From a virus (Duplodnaviria > Heunggongvirae > Uroviricota > Caudoviricetes), in IMG/VR virus record IMGVR_UViG_2758568661_000004: DNA of 33,827 nucleotides. One strand, given 5' to 3'. Positions 25,392 through 33,262 of the stretch are shown here, in pieces (the first letter of the stretch is position 1; every line of letters begins with the position of its first letter). Position numbers and translations under genes: made by a program. The notes under the pieces are model-generated. The model searched no databases. It was not told the origin of the DNA and saw only the letters and a list, made by a program, of their open reading frames with translations.

Positions 25392-27500
25392 TTAGGCGGC
25401 TGCGACCTTGCGGCGGCGGACCATGAGGGCTGCACCGCCGAGGAGCATCAGAGCGGCAACACCGAAGTACGGCGCACCCTCGAAGCCGAGGCCGGGGATG
25501 ACAGCGGTGCTGTCACCGGCTGCGGCGACTGTGATCTCGGAGATGAGGTACTCGACACCGTTCTCATCCACGAAGTACAGGTGGTGCGTGCCGGCGGGGG
25601 TGTTCAGGGGAATCTTCACACTGGCCACGACCTTGCCGTTGGAGTCAGCAGTGAACGAACCGAGGGTGACCGGGTTGGAACGCAGGACAACGGTGACGTC
25701 CGAATCGGGCGAGAAGCCGCTTCCGCTGACGGTGATCGTTGTGCCGGCGACCACGGTCCCGTTGTTCGTCCCTCCGGGCTGGTCGACGACCACGTTGCTC
25801 GGCTTCACAATCCCTTCGAAGTCCTTCGACACGGAACCCTCGTCGTTGAACGCGGTGACAGTGACCTCGTACTTGCCGTCATACTCCGGCGTCCCGGACA
25901 GGAGGCCGGACTTGCTCAGGGTGATGCCGGCGGGCAGGTAGCCGGAGCTGACCTCCCACTTGACGTCCTGGTCTGCGGTCAGCTGGTACGAGTACACGGC
26001 ACCCTGCGTCATCTCGGGGAGCGTCGCGGAGGTGATCGTCGGGTTGTTCTCGCCGACAACGTAACGCTGGACGGTGCCGATGTAGTGCTGCTCGTCGGTG
26101 TCCTCGGTGCGGTTCTGCGAACCGACGATCGCGAAGTCGTAGTAGCCGTCGTAAGCCTCGTCACCGTACTCAACGGTTCCGGACAGTGTTGCCGTGTCGC
26201 GGTTGAAGGTCAGGCCTGCGGGCAGGGTGCCGTCCGCGTCCCAGAAGTCCACGTTGGTGCCGGTGAACTTGTGGTTGATCTTCTGTCCGACCACCAGGTT
26301 GCCGAGGTTGTACTCGTCGACGACCGGGAGGCCAGCCTTGACGTTGATCTGGAATCCGTTGAACGGCGAGTCCTCACCGAACTGGTAGCGGGAGTTCGCG
26401 GCGGACACCTTGAAGTTGAAGGTTCCAGCCTCCGTGGGGGTGCCGCTGACGACGCCCATGCCGCCGTCGGAGGTGAACTCCAGACCGTCAGGCAGGTCGC
26501 CCGACTCCTGAAGCTCGTCAGCGTTGTTGGTGACGATGTAGGAGGAGAACTCCTCGCCGACACGGGCGGTGCCGTGGAACTCCTCCTGAGCGCCAGCGAA
26601 GTTCGGCAGACCACGCAGTGCCTCACCGTAGAACGTCTGGGTGTAGTCCTCACCGTCGACCGTGGCGATCAGGGTGATGCCCCAGCCGCCGTACGTGTCG
26701 AAGACACCGTCGAGGTAGAAGTCGCCGTCCTCGTTGACGATGGACAGACCATACGTGTTCGAGTCCTCGTCGAAGCGGATGGCAGTCGCACCGGGAACGT
26801 CGAGCTGCTGGTGGACCTGCAGGTCCTGCTCCCAACCTTCGAGGTCCTCCTGCGTGGTCACCCACGGGCTGTCCACGACGACGTCGTTGATGTGAAGGTT
26901 GAAGACCTGGTCTGCCGTGGAGTCATCCGAACCGACGGCCGTCACGGTGAACGTGAAGTCGCCCGACTCGGTGGGGGTGCCGGAGATGTGGTCTGCCTCA
27001 ACGACGAGTCCAGCCGGGACGCCCTCGCCAACCGTGTAGGACACGGCGTTCGGGACGTTGAAGCCGACGTAGTACTCGGAGCCGACGGTGCCATCAGCGA
27101 GGGTGTCGGTGTTCCACACGGGGGTGATGTCGGCAGCGAGGAGGGCGCCGGTGAACGTCTGCGTGGCGGTGACATCCGAAGAGCTGACGGCGTTCACGCC
27201 GAAGGAGTACTCGCCGGGGGTGCCGGTGACGTAACCGGTGAGGAGGCCGTCGCTGCTCACATCCAGACCGAGCTCCTCGGCGGCAGCATCCGCTGCGTTG
27301 AACGATACGGCGTCGTCGGCTTCCAGCTGGCGGCTGACCTCGTCACCGATTGTCAGGTCGCCGAGCAGGTCAGGCTCTGAAACCCAGACCGGGGTGAGCG
27401 GGCCAGCCATCGCGGGCGATGCCGCGAAAGCTGTGGCGGCGATGACAGCCGCGGTGACGAGCGACGCGCTGACGCGCCTGCCCAAGTTGGTGGTACTCAT
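25392..27500 (-). CDS. Putative Ig-repeat cell-surface protein with sortase-like C-terminal signal (IPGLG)
   Basis: Signal peptide MSTTNLGRR...PAMA; Ig-like repeats; VIPGLG + TM + RRRK; RBS AAAGGA; paralog of the downstream gene. Confidence 0.85.
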   Translation of the reverse strand: MSTTNLGRRVSASLVTAAVIAATAFAASPAMAGPLTPVWVSEPDLLGDLTIGDEVSRQLEADDAVSFNAADAAAEELGLDVSSDGLLTGYVTGTPGEYSFGVNAVSSSDVTATQTFTGALLAADITPVWNTDTLADGTVGSEYYVGFNVPNAVSYTVGEGVPAGLVVEADHISGTPTESGDFTFTVTAVGSDDSTADQVFNLHINDVVVDSPWVTTQEDLEGWEQDLQVHQQLDVPGATAIRFDEDSNTYGLSIVNEDGDFYLDGVFDTYGGWGITLIATVDGEDYTQTFYGEALRGLPNFAGAQEEFHGTARVGEEFSSYIVTNNADELQESGDLPDGLEFTSDGGMGVVSGTPTEAGTFNFKVSAANSRYQFGEDSPFNGFQINVKAGLPVVDEYNLGNLVVGQKINHKFTGTNVDFWDADGTLPAGLTFNRDTATLSGTVEYGDEAYDGYYDFAIVGSQNRTEDTDEQHYIGTVQRYVVGENNPTITSATLPEMTQGAVYSYQLTADQDVKWEVSSGYLPAGITLSKSGLLSGTPEYDGKYEVTVTAFNDEGSVSKDFEGIVKPSNVVVDQPGGTNNGTVVAGTTITVSGSGFSPDSDVTVVLRSNPVTLGSFTADSNGKVVASVKIPLNTPAGTHHLYFVDENGVEYLISEITVAAAGDSTAVIPGLGFEGAPYFGVAALMLLGGAALMVRRRKVAAA

Positions 27501-27624
27501 ACTGAAGGGTGGTCCTTTCGAAGATGAGCCGGCTGCGTATTGCATCCGGATAGTGCGTCTTTGCGGCGTTGTCGCCATCAACTACATGCGCGGCAGCACG
27601 CAATGCGTGGCTCTGCATTTTTCC

Positions 27625-27635
27625 CATGCGCAGGA
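27625..27635 (-). promoter_or_regulatory. Class I motif TCCTGCGCATG
   Basis: TCCTGCGCATG-GGAAAAAT-G... upstream of 25392..27500. Confidence 0.75.
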
Positions 27636-27640
27636 ATGAC

Positions 27641-27748
27641 GAAAGCCGCACCAAGAATCTGATGCGGCTTTCCTCTGATGTGTGCACACGCTATTGCCGG
27701 TGTCGCTATCTGGCATTCCCCCACACGGCAACGAATGCCAGATGCGAC
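27641..27748 (-). terminator. Two tandem hairpins after the UvrD-like gene
   Basis: GAAAGCCGCA...TGCGGCTTTC (27641-27672) and GTCGC-T-ATCTGGCATTC...GAATGCCAGAT-GCGAC (27702-27748). Confidence 0.6.
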
Positions 27749-27762
27749 CCTCACTGGGGGCT

Positions 27763-29430
27763 CTACTCCTCGGTGACTCCGGCGGGGAAGTCCTTAATCC
27801 AGGAGAGGGTCTTCGCGTCGAGGTGACGCTTCGCCCGTGTGGCTGCCACGTACATGAGGCGAACTTCCTCACCCTTCAACGGGAGCATCTCCTCAGTTTC
27901 CTTATCCACCTTCGGGTACGGGAAGTCCGGCCCGAGACGGACATGCGTCCATTCCAGACCCTTGGACACGTGAGCGGTGGCGATGGTGATGTCCGCCTGG
28001 TCTGCGGGGACGCAGGAGTCGATGGCGGCGATGATCTCTTGGGCACCGGTCCTGACGATGATGTTCACCATGGTGGTGAGGTTCGTGTTCGTGTCCTCTT
28101 CCTCGTCGGTGACGGAGTCCACCACGTCCTGCCATTTCCGGAACCCAGCGAAGTCAGGGTGGCTTGTCCAACCGTTCTTGTCCAAGTCGATGGCGGCCTG
28201 GGCGATACCGCGAAGCTCCTGCGCTTTCCGTTCACCGGCGATGTGCACGTTCATCCCCAACTTCAGGAAGAAGAGGATTTCGTTGACGGCGCCGCCGTTC
28301 GTGCGTGTGATGATGCAATCTGGGTTGCGGTGGGAGTGCTTGTCCGTGTGAACGGAGGAGCGCTTACCAGGTGTTCCGCGTACCTTCAGGTCGGAACCGA
28401 GCACGTCAAGGAACACGTTCGCGAAGTCGGCGATGGCGTCGCCGAAACGGAACGACTGGGTGAGCGGGATGCGCGCACCCTCGAAACCTTCGAGGGCGGA
28501 CACAGCGCCGCGCCAGGCGTAGATTGCCTGCTGGGCGTCGCCCACCACGATGACCTGCGCGTTCGCTTGAGCCAGAACAACACTGGTGGTCACCGGGTCG
28601 GAGTCCTGAGCCTCGTCGTACATGATGTAGTCGTACGGCAGTTCAGGCTTGGACAGCGCCCAGATCTTCAAGTAATGGCTGTGGGTGACGGGGACGGTAC
28701 CGGCGGTGCCGCTTTTGACCGAGTAGGTGTCCTCGGGGATACGGTACCCGTCATCGTCAACCTCCGGAGCGGCGGACATGTCGGTGAGCATCACGTCATC
28801 CCAGTAGATGCGCGCCCAACGGACAATCTCGTCGATGAAAGCTTTCGTGGCGTCCTGCTCAGCCTCCTGAGCGACCGCCATTCCGATGCTGTCGCTGATC
28901 TTCGCTTTCGCTTTCTCGGACACGGTGAACACGAACCGGGCGGGCAGGATGACATGCTCGGCGGTGATTTCGTCGTCTGCGGTCTGGCAGAACCGGTTGA
29001 CGGTGTCGATGACAACCTTCATCGCGGAGGACGGGGCGACCTTGTGCACCATCTGGTAGCCGGGGATGTCGATGCGGTCCATGCCGAGCAGCTTGGCGGT
29101 GTCGGTGGCGTTCAGACGCTTGTCCAGTCGGGAGCGGCGGGCGGTGCCGTGGACGGCGTAGGCGAGGGAGTGGGCGGTGCGGCAGTCCACGTTCCCGTGG
29201 AACTTCCCGCGGGCTTCGTCGGCGATGGCGCGGTTGAACGCCAGGTACAGGCCGCGCTGGCCGAGCTTCTCCTCAGCGATCATGACGAGGGTGCTGGTCT
29301 TGCCGGTTCCGGCCAAAGCTTCGATGACGAAGTTCCGTCCGGTGCGTGCCTCCTCGAGGGCGGCCTGCTGTTCCGGGGTTGCGACGATCTGGGGTGCGTC
29401 GACGGTCGGGGGCGCGTCAGTAATGGTCAT
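27763..29430 (-). CDS. UvrD/Rep-like superfamily 1 helicase, probably leaderless
   Basis: ALAGTGKT, DEAQD, VGDAQQAIYAWRGA, LTQSFRFG, TAHVSKGLEW, YVAATRAK; ATG 8 nt after the class I motif. Confidence 0.9.
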   Translation of the reverse strand: MTITDAPPTVDAPQIVATPEQQAALEEARTGRNFVIEALAGTGKTSTLVMIAEEKLGQRGLYLAFNRAIADEARGKFHGNVDCRTAHSLAYAVHGTARRSRLDKRLNATDTAKLLGMDRIDIPGYQMVHKVAPSSAMKVVIDTVNRFCQTADDEITAEHVILPARFVFTVSEKAKAKISDSIGMAVAQEAEQDATKAFIDEIVRWARIYWDDVMLTDMSAAPEVDDDGYRIPEDTYSVKSGTAGTVPVTHSHYLKIWALSKPELPYDYIMYDEAQDSDPVTTSVVLAQANAQVIVVGDAQQAIYAWRGAVSALEGFEGARIPLTQSFRFGDAIADFANVFLDVLGSDLKVRGTPGKRSSVHTDKHSHRNPDCIITRTNGGAVNEILFFLKLGMNVHIAGERKAQELRGIAQAAIDLDKNGWTSHPDFAGFRKWQDVVDSVTDEEEDTNTNLTTMVNIIVRTGAQEIIAAIDSCVPADQADITIATAHVSKGLEWTHVRLGPDFPYPKVDKETEEMLPLKGEEVRLMYVAATRAKRHLDAKTLSWIKDFPAGVTEE

Positions 29431-29438
29431 GCCTGCTC

Positions 29439-29449
29439 CATGCGCAGGA
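29439..29449 (-). promoter_or_regulatory. Class I motif TCCTGCGCATG
   Basis: TCCTGCGCATG-GAGCAGGC-ATG(29430); directly abuts the stop codon of the J-domain gene. Confidence 0.8.
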
Positions 29450-30499
29450 TCACGCTTCGGCGGACGCTTTCTCCTTCTTCGCTGCCCGGTCGGCGTCGTT
29501 CTGCATGCGGCGTTGCGCTTGCTCCCACAGTTGGTAGGTGCTCTTCGGTGATACGGAGTTCACCTGGCCGTCGAATCCGAGGGTCACCCATTGGCCGACA
29601 ACCAGGTTGGGTGCGGTGATGAGGCCGGCCTGGCTGGTCCGCCAATGTTCGATGATCGCTTCCCGGCCGTCGGTTTCGGACACTTGGAACGGTCCATGCC
29701 CGAAGGTGGAACCACGCCAGATCAGCTGCTCCCACAACGACGCACCGTTGTACATGTTCCGCAGCTGGAACCATGCGTTCGCGGAAAACGCAGCCAAGTA
29801 CCAGAGGATGCAGGAGAGCAGCGGGATCCACGCCCATGCCCGGGTCATCCCCCACCATTCGAAAGCCAACCCGGTGAGGGACATGAGCACGGTCATGCCC
29901 ATGTAGAGCTGTCCGGCACCGGCGAGGAACTTCGTGCCGAACCATCGTGCGCGACCGCTGAACAAGGTGATGGAGAGTCCCGCGAGGATGGTGCCAGTTG
30001 CGGTTGATGCTGCAGACCAGACCGGGTACGCCGATTCCGGGTTGATCAGCCACACCAGGCCGGAGATCATGAACCCGATGGTGGGTGCGAGGAACGCGCA
30101 GATCCCCGTCAGCCACAGCAGCTCCCCTGACCCTTTCGGGAACAGGGTCTGTCGGAGGTTCCGGGTGGGTGGTTCCGGGAATTTCACCGGTTCAGGTGCT
30201 GGCGTCCACGGACCGGAGGTGGTGTTGCCGGTTGCGGTTGCCCCGCCGGCGGTTCTTGCCTGCTGCGGTTCAGGTGCCGGTTCCCGCAACGACTGGTCGT
30301 ACTCTTCGCGGGTGACCGGGTCGAGGAGGATGTCCTGCGCTTCGTTCAACCGTTTCGTCATCGCTTCGCCAGCAGCACCAGTGCCGCGGTCAGGATGGTG
30401 CACCCTCACAAGCTTCAGGTACGCCTTCTTGATCTCCTGCTCGGAGGCGCTCGGCTGGACACCCAGCAGGGTGTAATGGGTGGCAGTTTTGGTTGGCAT
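29450..30499 (-). CDS. J-domain (DnaJ-like) membrane protein
   Basis: HYTLLGVQPSASEQEIKKAYLKLVRVHHPDR (HPD motif), Pro/Thr linker, then about 4 hydrophobic segments. Confidence 0.85.
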   Translation of the reverse strand: MPTKTATHYTLLGVQPSASEQEIKKAYLKLVRVHHPDRGTGAAGEAMTKRLNEAQDILLDPVTREEYDQSLREPAPEPQQARTAGGATATGNTTSGPWTPAPEPVKFPEPPTRNLRQTLFPKGSGELLWLTGICAFLAPTIGFMISGLVWLINPESAYPVWSAASTATGTILAGLSITLFSGRARWFGTKFLAGAGQLYMGMTVLMSLTGLAFEWWGMTRAWAWIPLLSCILWYLAAFSANAWFQLRNMYNGASLWEQLIWRGSTFGHGPFQVSETDGREAIIEHWRTSQAGLITAPNLVVGQWVTLGFDGQVNSVSPKSTYQLWEQAQRRMQNDADRAAKKEKASAEA

Positions 30500-30548
30500 C
30501 GTGTCCCGACGTTAGCGGCTCAACGGTGAGCTTGGAGAAACCTCGCCG

Positions 30549-31190
30549 TCAGGCAGCGACCGATTTCACAGTTACTTTCGCGGTGACGGAAACAGTCACC
30601 TTGTCCGGGGTGTGAAGGGTTCGGTTCAGCTTGGTTGCCGGGGTGTCTTCCACTCCGTCCGGTCGGTTCACTTCCACACCGGCGAGTTCCACGGACACCT
30701 CTTCAACGGACACAGGAACCCGGTTGACGGATGCCCCGTCCAAGGAGCTGTCGTACGCTGCGGAGTTTCGAGCAGCTGCGGGGATGATGTGCTGGCGGGC
30801 GATGCTGATCGCGTTCTCGCGGCCGGCGTCGGACAGCTCCCAGGTCAGCTGCCAGTCGGTGAGGGTGACATCCGTCGCGGTGAGCAGGCCGGTCCCTTCC
30901 AGCCAATGCCACACCTGCGACGGCTGGTTCCCGGCGATGAGAGCTTCCACTGTGGCGGACACCCGACCGTTCTTCGGGGACAGGTCAGGGGCGGAGAGGC
31001 TGAACCCGCGGATGACATCCGGTTCCTCCGCACCGTGATGGCTGAGGGAGTCGAACAGGCCGGCGAGCTCAGCGTTCACCTCATCGGCTGATGCGCGGCC
31101 ATCGAACACGAAGGTGAGCTTCACGGTGCAGGCGTCCGAGTCAACGGTGGTGGTGGCGGTGGAGAGGGTGGTGACGGTGAGGTCGGACAT
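30549..31190 (-). CDS. Hypothetical protein, possibly SIMPL/DUF541 (BP26)-like
   Basis: Start MSDLTV with RBS AAGGA; pattern of an N-terminal strand, WELSD..RENAI..A..AAAR..AAY and a terminal TVSVTAKV strand recalls DUF541; no signal peptide. Confidence 0.5.
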   Translation of the reverse strand: MSDLTVTTLSTATTTVDSDACTVKLTFVFDGRASADEVNAELAGLFDSLSHHGAEEPDVIRGFSLSAPDLSPKNGRVSATVEALIAGNQPSQVWHWLEGTGLLTATDVTLTDWQLTWELSDAGRENAISIARQHIIPAAARNSAAYDSSLDGASVNRVPVSVEEVSVELAGVEVNRPDGVEDTPATKLNRTLHTPDKVTVSVTAKVTVKSVAA

Positions 31191-31238
31191 GCGGATAGGG
31201 TCCTTGCGGTTCGCGGGTTGATGGGCGGACCGGGAAGA

Positions 31239-31296
31239 CATGCGGCGAACTAAGAACCCGCGCCATCAGCTCACAAAGGGCGTGTTCCTGCGCATG
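31239..31296. promoter_or_regulatory. Divergent motif pair: class II (-, 31239-31248) and class I (+, 31286-31296)
   Basis: Minus strand TCGCCGCATG-TCTTCCCG; plus strand TCCTGCGCATG-TACAGGAC-ATG(31305). Confidence 0.75.
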
Positions 31297-31304
31297 TACA
31301 GGAC

Positions 31305-32183
31305 ATGCCCCATGTCCCCGACCCCTCGACGACCTTTGCTGCAGCTTCTGAGCCGGCTGACGGCCGCATCTTCAATCAGATGAGCCGCTGGCTGCTTTGG
31401 CCGGTCGCGCTCACCGTCGTCGTCATCATCGTCTACTCGTTCATCATCTCGTTCCAGTCCCAGGTGGACTTGGCTGTGGCAGCACGCATCCGCCCGGAGG
31501 TTGCCTACGGATGGCCGATCATCGTGGACGGGACGATCATCGTCTCGACGTTCGCGGCGTTCATCCTGCAGCCCCGCGGATTCCGCGTGACTTGGTACCC
31601 GTGGCTGAATTTGATTCTGGGCGGGAGCCTGTCCATATGGGCCAACGGTTCCCACGCCACGAACGCCACCCCCACCGTGTGGGAGATGTTCATTGTCGGT
31701 GCGGTCCCACCGGCCGCGTTGCTCCTGTCCACCCACATGCTGATCATCATGCTTGGCCACAAGCCGACGGTTGTGGCACCCGTAGCGGTTCCGGCCGCAG
31801 CAGTGCCCGCCGCAACCCCGGCCGCCGGCCCAGCCGCGCGCCCGGTCGTCGAAGCGGTCATCGACCGCCCGACCCCACCCGTGGAGGTTGACCAGCCTGC
31901 AATCCTGCATGCCGTCCCCTCCCCTGTCCCATCGCTCGAGCCGGCACACCGGCCGCAGGTGAGTGACACCCCCGCACCAACCCGAACCACCCGTGAACCG
32001 AAAAATCCCACAGCGACGTCCGTCGTGTCACGGTTGACCCGCGCTCAGGCGGCGGACAGGATCCGCGACCTGCTCGCATCAGGGTCAACCGTCACCGCAG
32101 AAGAGGTCGGCGAGTGGATGGGTTCAACAGCAGCACGAGGCCAGGTCGTCATCGACCAGGTCAACCAGGAGGGAGCAGCATGA
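31305..32183 (+). CDS. DUF2637-like membrane protein with Pro/Ala-rich linker and possible C-terminal HTH, probably leaderless
   Basis: 4 TM including WPIIVDGTIIV and ANGSHA; ATG 8 nt after the class I motif. Confidence 0.7.
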   Translation: MPHVPDPSTTFAAASEPADGRIFNQMSRWLLWPVALTVVVIIVYSFIISFQSQVDLAVAARIRPEVAYGWPIIVDGTIIVSTFAAFILQPRGFRVTWYPWLNLILGGSLSIWANGSHATNATPTVWEMFIVGAVPPAALLLSTHMLIIMLGHKPTVVAPVAVPAAAVPAATPAAGPAARPVVEAVIDRPTPPVEVDQPAILHAVPSPVPSLEPAHRPQVSDTPAPTRTTREPKNPTATSVVSRLTRAQAADRIRDLLASGSTVTAEEVGEWMGSTAARGQVVIDQVNQEGAA

Positions 32184-32983
32184 GCACAGGATTGATGAAA
32201 CGCACCTACAACCGCACCGGCGGATGGGATGCGAAGCACACCCACACGGACGGCGTCTCCTACTGGCGTCACGGAGTCCTTCACTGTTCTGACAGCTTCG
32301 CTGTTGACCGTGACGGGAAGAAGGAAGTGTGGCTGTTCGGGAAGCACATCCCCACCCCGGAGACAGCTGATGCTGTCCCGTTGACGTTCATCGGGCAGTC
32401 GAAGACCGGGTACCTCCGATGGGTGGATGATGACGGAGCGATCCGCGCCACCAGCCACCTGAACCCGCATGAGAACTTGGAGACCCGCTGGTTCGACCGT
32501 GACGGAAACCCGGAAGCGCATCACCGCGGCGGGTACCACGTCCGTGTCCACCATGACAACGGTGAGGTGCGTTACTACAAGCAGCCGAACCTGAACACAG
32601 CCCCGCTTCTGCATCGTTTGGATGGCGCCGCGATTGAGTTCCCGGAGTCCCCGCGGAAGTCGCAATGGTTGGAGGACGGCTTCCAGGTGGACGGCCCCAT
32701 CCAGCTGCTGATCCGTTTCCAGAAGCACCGCCGTGAGCATGGGCGCGCGAACGCGTTCGATTTTTCCGTCCCCGAGCTCACCGAGAAGGAGCAGGGCAGG
32801 TTGAAGCTGACAGTGCTCCGCCACCCGGATTCTGAGGTGGCGTTGGACATCAGCTTGTCGTACACGGAGCCATACATTGAGGCTGTCTCTATCCTCGACC
32901 CGGACCTCCCCGAGATTGTGTTCGTTGACTTCGGTGGCGAGGAAGCAGACCCGCTGTTCGTTCCGATGGATGACGCTGTCTGA
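32180..32983 (+). CDS. Hypothetical protein with LHRxDGxA-type repeats
   Basis: ATGA-coupled start MSTGLMKR, RBS GGAGGGAG; LHCSDSFAV and LHRLDGAAIE. Confidence 0.7.
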   Translation: MSTGLMKRTYNRTGGWDAKHTHTDGVSYWRHGVLHCSDSFAVDRDGKKEVWLFGKHIPTPETADAVPLTFIGQSKTGYLRWVDDDGAIRATSHLNPHENLETRWFDRDGNPEAHHRGGYHVRVHHDNGEVRYYKQPNLNTAPLLHRLDGAAIEFPESPRKSQWLEDGFQVDGPIQLLIRFQKHRREHGRANAFDFSVPELTEKEQGRLKLTVLRHPDSEVALDISLSYTEPYIEAVSILDPDLPEIVFVDFGGEEADPLFVPMDDAV

Positions 32984-33063
32984 GGTTTTCCCACAGTGTC
33001 GGCTGGACCGTCTACGTTGATGCCACCGCAGTAGCGGTCACAACATTTGACGGAGACAGCACA

Positions 33064-33198
33064 ATGACGCGTGACAGGTACGAGCCGTTGCTCGAGCAGG
33101 AACCGGATCGAGGGTACGAAGAGCAGCTTCAGATGTGGAAGGAGCTGTCAGGGCCATCGTCCGATGACACCGACCCTGACGACCCGGGCATCATCTGA
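33064..33198 (+). CDS. Small acidic hypothetical protein (44 aa), absent from the ORF track
   Basis: RBS GGAG; MTRDRYEPLLEQEPDRGYEEQLQMWKELSGPSSDDTDPDDPGII*; followed by a bidirectional terminator. Confidence 0.55.
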   Translation: MTRDRYEPLLEQEPDRGYEEQLQMWKELSGPSSDDTDPDDPGII

Positions 33199-33214
33199 CC
33201 GGACAGGCTAAATG

Positions 33215-33242
33215 GAAAAGGCACCCCGCGGGGTGCCTTTTC
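33215..33242. terminator. Bidirectional terminator (perfect 28-bp palindrome)
   Basis: GAAAAGGCACCCCGCGGGGTGCCTTTTC between convergent genes. Confidence 0.85.
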
Positions 33243-33262
33243 TGTTCCCGGTGCTGGCCGGG

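Noticed and set aside
27585-27594. GCCGCGCATG hybrid motif before the Ig gene
   Set aside because: It lies inside the leader of the perfect class I copy at 27625, and its spacing to the nearest ATG is 6 nt, not 8; not counted.
23817-29619. Long plus-strand ORFs 23817..25382, 25383..27380 and 27682..29619
   Set aside because: Antisense shadows of well-supported minus-strand genes; they have no domain motifs and are expected at high GC.
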